A stretch of DNA of 64,000 nucleotides, taken from contig CDPCPM010000013.1 in assembly GCA_976551045.1 (NCBI GenBank), positions 23,374,001-23,438,000 on the forward strand, written 5' to 3'. Every line of letters starts with the position of its first letter. Position 1 is the stretch's first letter. Shown one piece after another: positions 1 through 12,720 of the stretch. A program made the position numbers and the translations under genes. The notes under the pieces are model-generated. The model made no database searches. It was not told the DNA's origin and saw only the letters and a list, made by a program, of their open reading frames with translations. The stretch is from Glaucostegus cemiculus (lineage: Eukaryota).

Positions 1-759
1 TACTTGCCTTAACCTGCCTTCTGTCCTGATGCTGTGCTCTATTATAAATTAATGCTACATATAATAACAAGTAACACAAAATTCAGAATAATTATTAACT
101 ACAAATAATTCCTGTATATTGCCAACCGGTAATGCATTTTTATATTAACCAATTGGCTACATAATTGTACCTCTTGTCTGTTGATTTTTAAACTGAATTA
201 ATTCTAGTTGTCGCACATTTGTCTTCTGTGGTGTTTCCTAAGCACGTTTCACAATTTTAAGCAAAGCACAGTGACTTACCAACTGCTTAAATTGCAAAAG
301 TTGGTGTTTTTTGCAGAAAACCACAAGACCTCTGGTCACTTAAACCAGACTCATTAGTTGGTTTAGGCAATTGATTTGATGCTTCCAAACAAATTCTGAT
401 TGGAAGTGTAACATCAGCTAATGTTTCTAGTTTATACTACTAATAGCAAGTTGCATCTGCCATATGCTTCTTGTGTAAAATAGGACCTCTGAAAGTACAA
501 GTTTTTAAGTGTGAGGGTGTTGATGTTGTTCAAAGAGGATTTGAAGGGGAACATAATGAGAAATATTTTTGACATCATAAAAGAGCATTGTATAATCATT
601 ACTTGTGGAAATTTCATATGCACACAGTGGTAATCATATTAACTATATTTTAATGGGGACCACACTACAACAATACTTACTTGACTTCTAAGCCAGAGGT
701 GCCTATAGGTTCTGAAAGGCATGATATAAAGAACAAAGCATTCTTCTTTTAATGGTTGC

Positions 760-1330
760 AAGATTGGCTTCCAGTAAGAGGGCAAGCAATAATCCAGACT
801 CCACAGATCACGATAGTGCCTCAATGAAGGTGGACAAGGCTGTGAAGAATTTGATATTGAGAATAATGATGCAGATATGAAAATCGGTGTTGCTGGACAA
901 AGATAAATGTGTATGTGGAACCTGTTCAGGTTAAGACCTGGCCAGCAAGTCCTGGAATAGATGATGTTTTTGAAGGATGGAGATGAGAAGAAATTTTGAG
1001 AAGTAAAACCTTGAGGTGATAGCAATCTGTGAAAGAAGTTTTCATCAGTGATGGAGCGATATCCACAGGAGCCTGAGATTAAAAAGCTCTGCTAAATTGA
1101 ACTGAATGCCAAGATTGAGCACCAAGGTCTTCAGACTGAATGAACAGCCAGAAATATTTGAGACTGTTGATACTAGCTGGAGCCAAACAAGATGCTGATG
1201 TTAAACTGCAGGAAGGTACAACAGGTCAAGTCTTAACATTGGACAAGAAATTGATAAAATCTTGCTCCATAAATTCATTCTAGGTTGCCAGTGAACTGAT
1301 ACACCTCACACCTCATATGCAGCAAGACTC
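760..1330 (-). mobile_element. Highly decayed LINE fragment (L2-like)
   Basis: Purine-rich segment resembling the antisense of an L2 3' region; no intact ORF. Confidence 0.3.
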
Positions 1331-1389
1331 CACTGATCGGACTTTCATAGTAACTAGGTTATATTTTTGGTGTTGTGGTTGAGGGATGA

Positions 1390-1450
1390 GTATTGGTTTT
1401 GGTTTATTATTGTCACTTGTACCGAGGTGCAGTGAAAAACTTGTCTTACT
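1390..1450 (-). mobile_element. Short 3' tail of a Rex1/Babar-like LINE
   Basis: gtattggttttggtttattattgtcacttgtaccgaggtgcagtgaaaaacttgtcttac is nearly identical to the ends of the copies at ~12485 and ~39170. Confidence 0.8.
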
Positions 1451-3255
1451 GGGGAAGCTCTGTGTTCTGCACACTTTCTGATCATCTCAACTGAAATCTG
1501 GTAAATGGTCTCTGAGCCAAGGTTCCAGAACCTCATTGTTATTACAGTGTTTATTAGTATCAGGTTTATCTGTTTGTATAATGATTTTTAGTGATGCCTT
1601 GATCACACCACTCCAGTTAAATATATTGCTAACAACACACAGGAAAAACAACCCCTTACTAAGACAATGGAAAGAAACTGGCACTGTGGAACCACACCAG
1701 GCACAAGCTATTATTTTCAGGAGAGGAGGGAAGAACATTTCCAGGAGACATGAGAGTAATTTGGAAGGGAAATAAAAACAGTGTTTATATTGATAATTGT
1801 GCTCAAAAGCAGAAAGTCATCACAAGGTTCCTCACACAGTTATTGTTTATAAATGGATGGCAAAACCAATGGAAATCTAAGAAATGAAGATCAACAGCCT
1901 TACCTATACACCTAATAACCTAGTGCTTTAAACCTACCATGATATTCCACACCTTCATACTCCTGTGTCCCATTCTTTCACACCTTAACACCTTCAATAC
2001 AATGCACATGTCAATCAAGCAATAGATCTGTGGTCATTGTAATACCTATTCTGATGCAAGTTGCCTACATTATCCATTGGGGAAGTGTTCGGCTTTGCAA
2101 ATAATTGCTCTAGTACTGGAATTGTAAAGATCATATTTGTTTCTCTGATGTAGTTTGTTGTTGATCTGTAGATTTCAGAATTCCCTTTCTAAGTGGGAAA
2201 ATATATTATAACCCCTAATACTGAGCAACTCTCTGTGAATTCTACCTCATTAAAATAAGCTAAACGGCATAAGTTACCCACTGTTAACTCAATACAAAAA
2301 GAATAAAACATTCCTATGAACTTATTGAATCCAACACCAGAGACTTACTTAATTGATTTTCATAGAGGATCAACTGTTGATACATATCAGAATGATTGGG
2401 TGACACTTTGGTTAAATTATAGTTCAGTGTTAATTTTACTTCATTCAGTATTTCATTGATTTTGTCAGATATCCAAGTTTCCTTTTTTTGTATAACAATA
2501 AAAATTATTTTGCTTTGTTTAATTCATTTTGAAGTTTGATCTTTAAAAGGATGCTCACCATGTGTGGCTCTTCTTAAAATTTGATCTTTGGAAATCATGA
2601 ATTTAAAAAACTCTATTTCTCTGATCATATTATTTTCTAAAAGGCAAATGAGACCATGCAGATACTATTAACTGTGCTGGAGCAGAATTGAACTAGGGGA
2701 CCTGATTACATGCTGAAAGGAAACAAGTTCCTGTTCATTCTTGCCTTGCTCTGGATAAATTCCCCGACATTGTTGTGCTCATTTCTTCAGAGAATTATTC
2801 CACAAATGGAATCAGCAAAAAGTCAGAGACCTGAACAATCATAACTCCCAAAAACACAAAGGATAGGTTTGCATCAGCAGATAAAATACAAAGAATCTCA
2901 AAAATGAATTTGTGAGCTTCCAGTTGTAATGGAGACAGGTTGAAGGATGGGTGACCAATATACTTGCGGGAGTCGGTTTGATTACTTTAGCATTTTAATG
3001 AAGCTGTCGGCCTTCATCTTTACATTTATTCTGTTATTAACTTGCAAAAGCTGGCTTTCATGAGCTTCACAAAACCCAGCAGGTGGAAAGCTATGAAGGC
3101 TGAATCCATGAAATAAGTGCCTGTGCAGCAGTTTGTAAGCCTGTATCAGTGGCAATGCTTCAAGGAATTGGCTTTATGATCCCGCAAGCTTGCTGTGTTC
3201 TTCATTACGATCACAGTTGATCCTTTCCCTCATGTCCACTTTCCTGGATGAATTT

Positions 3256-4260
3256 AAGAAATAGGAGCAGGAGTAGGCCAATCAGTCCTCTGTGGCCACA
3301 CAGAACTCAATAAGATCACAGCTGTTCTTCATCTTCAACACCATTTTCTAGCCTTGCCCATATCCCTTGATTCCTCGAACTTTCAGAAATCTTTCAGACC
3401 AATCAATCAATGACCAGCGTCCAGAGTGGAGAATTCCAAAGATTTACTACCCTAAGTTTCTCTGCATTTCATTTGACTTATCCCCTGTGTGATCCCAAGT
3501 TCTAGAATGCCCGAAACATCGCCCGCATTTCTGACCATGAGGAATTTTGTATGTTTCAATTTCCCTCATTCCACTAGTGCCCAAATATAGATCACCCTCA
3601 GTTTGAATAAACTTAACAAATGAGTATCCACAGCCCTCTGAGTTAGCAAATTCCAAAGAATTACAGTCTTCTGAGTAAGGTGATCTCTTTTCATCCCGGT
3701 ATTTAATGTGCTATCTCCATTGTCCCCTCATTCTACATTTTTTAAGAGCAATCACTCAGCATCTACATTATCGAATCCTTCTCAGCACTGTATCACTTTA
3801 ATTAAGATCACATCTCATTTTTCTAAATTTCTGGAAGTCCAGACCAACTTTCCTCAATCAGTTTTACAGGATGACCCATTCACCCCTAGAATTAATCCAA
3901 AGCTGCTTTGGCTCCTATACTCAAGTACAGAGGTAAAACAGCACACAGAATTCTGAATATGATATCACTAAAGCCCGATACAATCTCAGCAAGGTGTCCC
4001 TGTTTGCACTCCAATAAAGACCAATATACAATTTCTAGCCTTCATCGCTTGTGTGCCTGCACGTTCATTTTCTGCTTCTCATGAATAAACACACCCATAT
4101 TCTCTGTGCACAAACATTTACCAGTTTCTCACCAATTAAATAAGATTACTTCCTTCCAAAGTAAATACCTTGACATTTTTTGTACATTCTGTTGCCTTAT
4201 TGCCTTTTCATTTCATCTAACATGTTTACAGACTCTTTGCATTCTTCTAGCACAGATTTG
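3256..4260 (-). mobile_element. Decayed CR1-clade LINE 3' fragments
   Basis: Starts with an antisense CR1 tail (aagaaataggagcaggagtaggccaatcagtcc), followed by degenerate antisense RT C-terminal sequence. Confidence 0.6.
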
Positions 4261-5289
4261 TATGCAAAATAAACTCCAACCATTGCTTGTCTGAGCACCA
4301 TTGGACGCCATACCAATCACCAATGGACCCTCCTCTCATTCACACTAGAACTCCACCACCACCATCAGACACTTCCAACATTTGTCACCATCCCCTACTT
4401 ACCAACCACCATCAAAATCATTCGTTGGTCAGACATTCCTACCACAATTGGAGTCTCCCCTGTGTTCAAATCCCTCTCTTCCATCCTTTTTCGCCTCCTT
4501 CCCTTCCCTCCCCCCCCCATTCTTCAAATCCACTCTCAGCAGTCAGAATAACTGTAAACAAGTATTTACAAAAAGACTAGTCAAAAACCATATTCAAGTA
4601 CCCTTACTTCCAAATTTCCCAATTGCAGAATAACATTTGCAATTCCCTCCCTACATCCAGGCTAAAATCCAGACTGCAGAGATGTTAAAATTGCAGGATC
4701 ATCGTCGTTATTAACATGTCATTAAAAAAAAACCCTTTTCTTTCAAATACAGTGTGATGCTATAAATGAGAGCAAGATGGATCATTTCCTCACAGCCTTG
4801 TGAAGCTATAAAAATAAAAACTAATACTAGAGTTGCTGGGTCTTTTGTCTCATGACAAAGCAACAAAGTTAATCCAATATTGTTTTGCCATGAAGCCTAT
4901 TTCCATTCCAGGATGGGAAATATATCAGAACAATTTCTGTTAGAACAGGCGGATACTAGAATAAGTTTTATTTTGAGGACCAGAAATCATTTCCTCGAAA
5001 TTAAAGGTCTAGAAATGAGGACAGAACCTTGTATAAATTATTTTTCTAGCCCTGGTAGAAGTGGAGCAATTTACTGGCTAGATTAGCTGGAAGCAGATTC
5101 AGTAGTAACTTTCAAAAGTGAGGTGGATGTACAAAAGAAATTGCATGACTGGGAAAAGTGTGAGGATTCACTGTAAAACACTTTCAAAGTCGCAAGGCAT
5201 TGATAGGTTTCCATTACCCCCACCACATCTCATCATTCCTCATCCTGAAGTCACTATTGGCACCATCTGCACATGTCACAGCCTGCAGG

Positions 5290-5510
5290 GAATGAGGTGT
5301 TATTCCTCTGGCTTACATTGAGCTTCATTGTAACTGTATAAGCAGCCTCAGACTGAGAGGTAAGAGTGGCAGTAGCATGGTGAATTAAAATAGAAGCTCA
5401 GGGTCACTCCTGTGGATTCAGCAAAGTGCTCCCCAAAGCATACAACCAATCTGTGTTTGGTTTCTCCAATGTTGAGGAGGCCACCTTATGAACAATGAAT
5501 GCGGTCCCCA
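5290..5510 (-). mobile_element. Penelope-like element fragment (GIY-YIG endonuclease remnant)
   Basis: The minus strand at ~5482-5423 translates GLLNIGETKHRLVVCFGEHF, resembling the PLE motif YIGET.R.L..RF.EH. Confidence 0.7.
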
Positions 5511-6214
5511 TATCTTTTGTACAACACTAATAGGCAGCTGCGTTTTTCTCCGACATTGTGATATTCAAATTGATTTTGATCCAGAGACGTCAGTTACCTG
5601 TTGAATGTTGGTGTGGAGTAGTAGAAAAAGTGTCTGGTTCCCTTTAAATACACTGTGCCCCATGCAACAGAACAGCTTGATGCTGCTCCAGAATTCAAAG
5701 GTCCACAAAGTGGGTATGGAGTATTACCAGTAATTGCATGGAAACTGTTGTTTAGTGTTCAAATAATCTTTCAGGTGACAGAAGTGTGGTTCTAATATTC
5801 AGCACAAATTTCTTGAACATCTGATTAAAGGAGATAATTACATCCTTATCATCATTTCATAGATATCAGTAAGTGAAAGAATAGTGTTTTAAGATATTAT
5901 CTTTGTTTTCCTTAAAAAATATTAAAATTAAAATACATTTTATGTAGCATAATAGAAGATACTGATAACCATCTCACATCACAATGGAGCAGATGTACTA
6001 ATGAAGCAGACTTTCCCCTTGAGTATATTTACACATCCCAAGTTTCAGAAAATGACTAGGAGAATGGCGCCTTGTAATCATTATCTTTTAATCCAGCGAT
6101 AGAAAGAAAAGAACATCCTCAAGCAAGTAACCAAGCAAATGTTAGTCAAATAAGGCCAGAACAATGCGCTTGGTCAGAATTTCCTGTTTTAAGCAAAAAA
6201 AAACAGACTAATGT

Positions 6215-6525
6215 TGCAGTTTAGTATCAGGAGAAAGCAGCATTAAAGTCCTGCATGTATCTCACCTAACTCTCTCAAGAGATCTCATTGCACTAAATGG
6301 AAGAAAAGCAAGATAGTTATCCTGGTGACCCATTCCATGTTCACTCCTCAAGTAATCTTACTAAAAATATTATCTGCTCATTATTACAGTGTTGGATCTT
6401 TGCTGTATCCAAATTGGCTGCCACATTGTTCACAATTCAGTTGTGACCTCCCTTCAAAGCATGAGTCATTGGCTGAAATCACTGAAAAGCATGTGAAAGG
6501 TGCTCTATAAGTGCAAGTCTTCCCT
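6215..6525 (+). mobile_element. Decayed Deu-domain SINE (SacSINE1/AmnSINE1-like)
   Basis: Blocks in the expected order: gatctcattgcacta..gaagaaaagca, attatctgctcattat, ttgctgtatccaaattggctgcc, and tail gtgaaaggtgctctataagtgcaagtctt. Confidence 0.6.
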
Positions 6526-7109
6526 TAATTCTTTTAAGGATAATTGATGAATAGAGGAGGCATACATTGGAAACTAATGTTGAATGCCAACACTATACAA
6601 ATTTCAGAATCAACTTGCCAAACAGTTTGGAGTTCAAAAAGGCTACTAAAAGTATGAAAATATGAGTTCATTTTCTAATTTCTTCTCCTCCTACAAAAAT
6701 ATATGTGCATAACAAATACAGATGTTTGCATGTATTCACAGCCCAGTAGAAGGGCCTTTTCTTTTAATATTCAGTCTATTGTCCAAGGATTTCCTAGTGC
6801 TGGTTCTTAAACCACTTAGAGCACGTCACCTCTTTTCACCGCATGTTAACCTGTTTTATGTGAGAAGTAAAAATCAATTACACAAGATGCAAAGCTATTC
6901 AATTAAACTTTTGAGAAGTTATTGCAGGTTCCTCTAGGCTTTTTTTATGACAGGTTCTGATCACAGCATTTAAGCATATTCATTAATTACTAGCATGATG
7001 CTGAGGTTGCTTGACTGTTGCTTTCACTTTCTATCCATTTAAAGGCCTAACTCTGTGGCAGGAAATTTGGGTTTTTTAGAAGTCTTTTGAAGTAAAGCTG
7101 TAGCTTGTA

Positions 7110-7740
7110 GGGTCATAGAGAGAGACAGCAGAGAAACAGGCCCTTTGACCTACTGAGTCTGTGTTAACAATCAAGCACCCATTTATACTAATCCCATCAA
7201 CTCTTCTCAGATTCTATTACTGTCATTGCTTTCACGTACATATGAGGAGCAATTTATGGTAGCCAATTAACCTACCAACCTGTACATCTTTGGCATGTGG
7301 GTGATAAACAGAACACCCAGGGGAAACTTGCATTGTGACACAAGAAGTGACAAAAGGGGCAGGCACAATAGTGTAGCGGTTAGCGTTACGCTATTACTGT
7401 GCCAGTGACCCAGGTTCAATTCCAGCCGCTGTCTGCAAGGAGTTTGTACGTTCTCCCTGTGACTGTGTGGGTTTTCTCTGGGTGCTCCAGTTTCCTCCCA
7501 CACTCCAAAGATGTACAGATTAGGAGTTGTGGGCATGCTGTGTTGGCACCTGAAGCGTGGTGACACTTGCAGGCTGCCCCCAGAGCATTCTATGCTTTTC
7601 ACTGTGTGTTTTGATGTACGTGTGACTAACGAAGAAATTTGATCTTATAAAAAGTGTGTAAACTCCATACAGACAGCATCATAGGTCAGGATTGAACTTG
7701 GATTGCTGGAGCTGTGAGGCAACAGCTACCCATAAGTTTA
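7110..7740 (-). mobile_element. Older HE1-like V-SINE split by a younger SINE insertion
   Basis: Antisense tail and core at 7110-7350 (gccaattaacctaccaacctgtacatctttgg). The element resumes at ~7650 (aaactccatacagacagc...caggattgaac...ctggagctgtgaggc). Confidence 0.75.
7356..7648 (+). mobile_element. tRNA-derived V-SINE with a Rex1/L2-type tail
   Basis: A-box-like tagtgtagcggttagc, B-box-like ggttcaattcc, V-core gagtttgtacgttctccc...gggtgctccagtttcctcccaca, and tail cactgtgtgttttgatgtacgtgtgactaa. Confidence 0.85.
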
Positions 7741-7793
7741 TGAATTACTGATTTGTCCACTGTAGCAGAATAAATTTAATTAATAAGTAAATA

Positions 7794-7857
7794 ATTACCT
7801 GTGCAATAAATGAAGAACATGTTATGAAATATGTTCTTCATTTATTGCAAAGGTAAT
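7794..7857. repeat. Near-perfect inverted repeat / hairpin
   Basis: attacct-g-tgcaataaatgaagaacat [gttatgaaat] atgttcttcatttattgca-a-aggtaat; 26 of 27 positions are complementary. Confidence 0.92.
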
Positions 7858-9439
7858 AAATTAAAGTAGATATTTACTTATACCAATTTGCCTTTTCTTA
7901 AAATATATTGGCATCAATATTGGCCTTCTGCGTAAGAATGTTAGGGTTCCTTTCCTGAAACATGTCGCATTTTTGCAACAGTCCAGTTGATACCACCTTT
8001 GTAGGTCTAGATTATTTAGCTGTTGGCATTTAAATTCCCTAGCGACCTTGGTGGAATTCACACGAGTGTTTCAAAATCAGTAGTTTAGAACCCTAGCTGT
8101 CTTCAGTAACCTACCATACCCATAACTTTTCTCGATCATTTCTCTTGGTGAATCACTCCATTCCACAATATTCCCATGGCTCATGAAATGTCTTCTATCC
8201 TGCAGTCTCTTAGCTATGATTTGAATGGAGTTAATTGGAGAGCATCAAGTATTTTCAATACGTAAAGTTTGTGATTGAAGGAATAATTGGGGGAGGGGTG
8301 TTGAAATGAATTGATAAATTTTGTTTATAAGCTGTTCTCTTGCCAGATTGCTTTATTGTATAATAAAGCAAGTTATGAATTCATATCATAGAGAGGGTGT
8401 GCACAAGTATCCAGTGTGGTTCTCAAGGGAACGCTATTGCTACATCATGAAATTATTCCCACCTTACATGTACTGAATTTGAGAACGTTCCCAAGAATCC
8501 ACAAGGTTATGATCTTCAATGTGATGCACTGCAATAAAGCAAATATGTATCCAAGTACATTATTTTTCCAAGTACCAGATTCCTGGAAGCAAATCCTATC
8601 AAAAGAACTTCCTGTGATTTAACTGATATTTATAAGTGAATGTATATCCTATTAATAACAGAATCGGAGGTTAAAGGAAGAAACAGACATCAATGCAAAG
8701 TGATTCACTGGGGGCGTTGTGGATGTCATCTGTGGAATGTAACCAGTCATGGTTGAATAATGTAGATTATCATGTTAGGTTGATGCCTTGGAGCTTATGC
8801 TTGATTACATTTGGAGGTTAAAGAGAAATGTCGTAGTTTTTCTTGGAAATGTTACCTGTCATTATTCACCTCCCTCAGGACATCAGAGAGATCAGAGTCT
8901 GTCTATAATTGTTCAAATTATACATGGTCTGCTGGAAGGGGTTAATATATTGGACCAGGCGGCTTACTGACATTAACACTTCAGGGTTTCTTCTTGGTAA
9001 ACATATAGGCATTTTTAGATTTTTAAAGATCTTTAAAATCCACTTGGGCGTTGGATGTAGATATATAGAATTCGAGTGTGTCCTGTTTGCCAGGTGTTCC
9101 TCATGGTGGTGCACCTGTCGGGGAAAGGGAGAATACAAACATTTCTATTTTGTGATATTGAAGGTCATGCAACCATAAAAAATGGAGGCAAAAGCTTGGA
9201 AAACAAAGAGAAAATTGACATAATATATTTTACTTTTTCAGATGTATGAACTTAATAAGATAATGTTAACACCTATGTTAGTCCTTTAAGGGCTGTAAAT
9301 TTCATTTGATGTATATACTCTTTAGTTTAATTCATTGTGTTCTTTAAGTTTAATATGCTTTCCAATTGTCATTTATAACTGTGGGAAGTACTTTAGAGAT
9401 CAGTCTTCACTGGGAAATGAAAATAAAAAAATGTAGATA

Positions 9440-9607
9440 GTAAGGCAGCATCTGTGAATAGAGAAACAGTGTTAACATTTCAGGTCAGGAATCTTTTATC
9501 AGAGGCCTGGCGAAGGGTCTTTGACTTGAAATATTAATGCTGTTTCTCTCTCCACAGATGCTACCTGATTTGCTGAGTATTTGCAGCATTTTCTGTTATT
9601 GTTTCAC
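9440..9607. mobile_element. Palindromic Penelope-terminal-repeat-derived element
   Basis: ggcagcatctgtg..agagaaacagtgttaacatttcaggtc pairs with gacttgaaatattaatgctgtttctctctccacagatgctacc. Same family as ~49180, ~42740, ~44740 and ~63900. Confidence 0.75.
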
Positions 9608-11709
9608 TGGGAAACTGACTTTTTCAGAGGGCACTTCATTGGTTGGAAATAATTGTGTAACCTAGCAATTTTTTTAAAGGATGTGTGCAGCCTGTGTAAT
9701 CCTGTGTTGTGCATGGAATACTCAATTTGATATAGAATGAAAATCGGAGCAGTTGCCCTGTAGCAATAGTGCTTTCAATTTTAGATCATAACTGTCTTTC
9801 GAAGAGCGAACACAGATATGACGGGCCATGTGGTTGGGCTGGTAATAAAATACCTGAACTGTTTGTTAAATGTATATTTATGTGGCTATAGTGCAAACAT
9901 AATATTCCCTCTTTATGTCCATCAGAATAGCAAAGGGGTCTGTTTATTGGGATGTTTCACTGCTTCCTCTCTTACGTTTTCTGAAAGTGTCGTCAACGCA
10001 TTTAATTTTGTGCCACTATACCAAACTTCCAAAAGGGACAACAGGAAAACCACTTAAAGTGATTAAAATAAACCTCACCTGAACTCTGTCACAGTATTGC
10101 ACTCAAGTAGAAACACAATTTGAAACTGCAATCTGCAGCTTATTTATAACAAAGGTCTTAATGGGATTTTGTATTTGTCGGTTCATGTCAGCAAGCAAGG
10201 CAGCTATTGCTGTGTGTTGTCTGTGTAATTATTCTTGTGGCAGAGGGTTGGATTTAATTCAAACTCAAGACCTGCATGTCTGGTCAGTAATCTGTCTCAA
10301 AAATTAGGATATTCATCTTTTTGATTATTGTGGATTCCCTCTTGTATGAAATTAATTTTGACCTCTGAAAGTATGTGCTCAGAATCAAAGGCTGAAGTTG
10401 TATGTATCCCTTCATTATAGAATATGTAGTTTGCAGAAAGAGGAATTAGAGAAGGAATAGCAACATAAATTCAGTTAGTGTGCAGTCAACTTCAGTAAGG
10501 ATAACCCCTGGAGCAAAGAATAGAAAAAAAGGACATACAGTTAAAGAAAAAGTCACTTAAGAATGCATTTTTGTTATATTGTCTGGAAGATTTTGCCATC
10601 CTTTTGTATTTCCTGTTGCTCCAGTGGATACATGCACAGGCTTTTATGGTCCTTGATTCTGCAGATCAAGAACACGGTAGTTTTCATTTTGCATTCTGAC
10701 AGTTATTCTCAGTTTATGAAGGGAAAGCAACATAATCTAGCAGGGCTCTGACTATGAGTTGTCTCAAGTGGTGGAACATTCTTGCAAGCAGATGTTAGAA
10801 TAGGACAGAACTAAGTCTGAATTTAATGCTGTTCCACCATGGTGAAGCAACTGTGTCCCTTATTTTTCTTTATTAAAATGCAGTACCACATGATTACCAC
10901 AACCTGTGCAATCAGCCCATTGTGTCTGCATGGCTTTTGAAAAAGGGTGGGGAAATTGAAAGCACCTTTCACTATTTTCAGGAACATGGAGCTAGGGATA
11001 GAAAAATCAGCATCAAAATTGGAAAAAAATGTAAATAAGACAAGACGTCCATTTGCCTCCTGGGTGATTCACAGTTTTCTTGACTAATTACTTGTTATTC
11101 ATGCTAAGGGAATGGATGTAAAACACATTGAAGTTTAAGATAACAAAAAAGCTATGTTAAATGTTATATGAAAGTCTGCATTCTTGCAAGTAAATTCATT
11201 TTTTTCTCTGAAAACTTAATTTGCTTTTGGCCTTGTTTAATGCCTTGTCCTTAATGCCTTGATACTTAATAAATAATTGTGCTTGATTCCCAACATCAAA
11301 AGACAGTTTCTGAGTTGTCCTTCTTCTCAAACAGAGGTCACGACCATATTTACTCATTCTTTGCACTTTCCAGTCTTTATTTGAGGATTTTATGTGTATC
11401 CCGTTTGATTTAGTACCATAAGATAAGATAGTTGTATAAGGGGAGCATTTTCCAATCTTTTTTTCCCAGTTGTATTCACCTTTAAAATTTGGAAATGTTG
11501 ATATTCCTCAGGCTTGTTCTTGCAGTGTTGGGCCTTTTTGTAAAGACATTGAATAAAATTGAAGTTTTTATCACCTGCTTTGCTGGTACCCACAAGAAAT
11601 GTCAATTCTAGAGCCAGCGGGAATACATTGGAATATAGCCACATGTTTATTTTGTGCATGCAATCATAAAAATTGGTACCTAAAGTTAGTTGTGGTAATA
11701 CATCAGCCA

Positions 11710-12410
11710 GCACTCTTCGACATCAAGCCCAATTAGAGTTTGTGAAATCTCAAGAAAGGCATCACACCTTATGATGCCCTGTAATCCAAGACTATGTTCC
11801 TTCGTTCCAGCATCCCAGTCAAGAGAAACATCCTCCTCAAATCCAGTATATCTAGACCTAGCTGAAATTTGTAAGTTTCAGTTAGACCCCCCCCCCTCTT
11901 ATTCTCCTATAATCGAGTGAGTACAAATCGAGATGACCTTATCTCTCCTTGTTCAGTAATCCCACCCAAGAATCAATTTAGTGAACCTTTGTTGCACTGC
12001 TTCTATGATAAGTATAGCCATGCTAAGGTAAGGAGACTAAAAATTTACACAATATTCCAAGTGTGGTCTCCCATGTATAATTATAGCAAGGCATTCTTGT
12101 TCCTATATTCAAAAAGTTTTGTGATGATGGCCAGCATAAGATTTGCCTTTTTAATTGCATGCTGCACTTGCATGTTTGCATTTCAAGTCGTTGCATGAAA
12201 AAGATCCATGTGTATCTTGTTCCAATTCCCCCGCTGGCAATGAGTTGCAGATATCAAACCAGTCTTTAAAAAGTTCTCAAATCCCTTTAAATCTCCTTCC
12301 TCTCACCTTAAATCTATGCCCTCTTGTTTTTGACATTCCTACCATGGGAAAAGCATTCTGATTATCAAGCCTACCCATGCCTCTTATAATTTTATATAGC
12401 TTAAATTACT
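11710..12410 (-). mobile_element. Decayed CR1-clade LINE fragments
   Basis: Antisense CR1 RT C-terminal signatures, e.g. acacaatattccaagtgtggtctc and cctctcaccttaaatctatgccctcttgttttt; the latter is the reverse of the sense copy near 51000. Confidence 0.65.
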
Positions 12411-12484
12411 ATTTTATATACCTTAAATTACCATTAAAATGCAGTGCTCACATTATAGGTTTCAGAAGAATGAGAGGCAATCTA

Positions 12485-12720
12485 TTGGGGTTGGTAATGG
12501 TTTAATTTTATCACTTGTACCGAGGTACAGTGAAAAACTTGTCTTGCATATTGTTCATACAAATCAATTCATTGCACAGTGCATTGAGGTAGTACAAGGT
12601 AAAAAAAATAAAAGAATACAAAGTAAAGTGTCACAGCTACAGGGAAGTGCATTGCAGGTAGACAATAACGTGCAAGATCAAACAAGGTAGATTGTGAGGT
12701 CAAGAGTCCATCTCATCTCA
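12485..12720 (-). mobile_element. Rex1/Babar-like LINE 3' UTR fragment
   Basis: High similarity to 39175-39430 (tcacttgtaccgaggtacagtgaaaaacttgtcttgc...gtaaagtgtcacagctacag...aggtagattgtgaggtcaagagtccatctc). Confidence 0.82.

Noticed and set aside
12389-12432. 22-bp direct repeat
   Set aside because: AT-rich slippage duplication at the edge of a decayed CR1 fragment.
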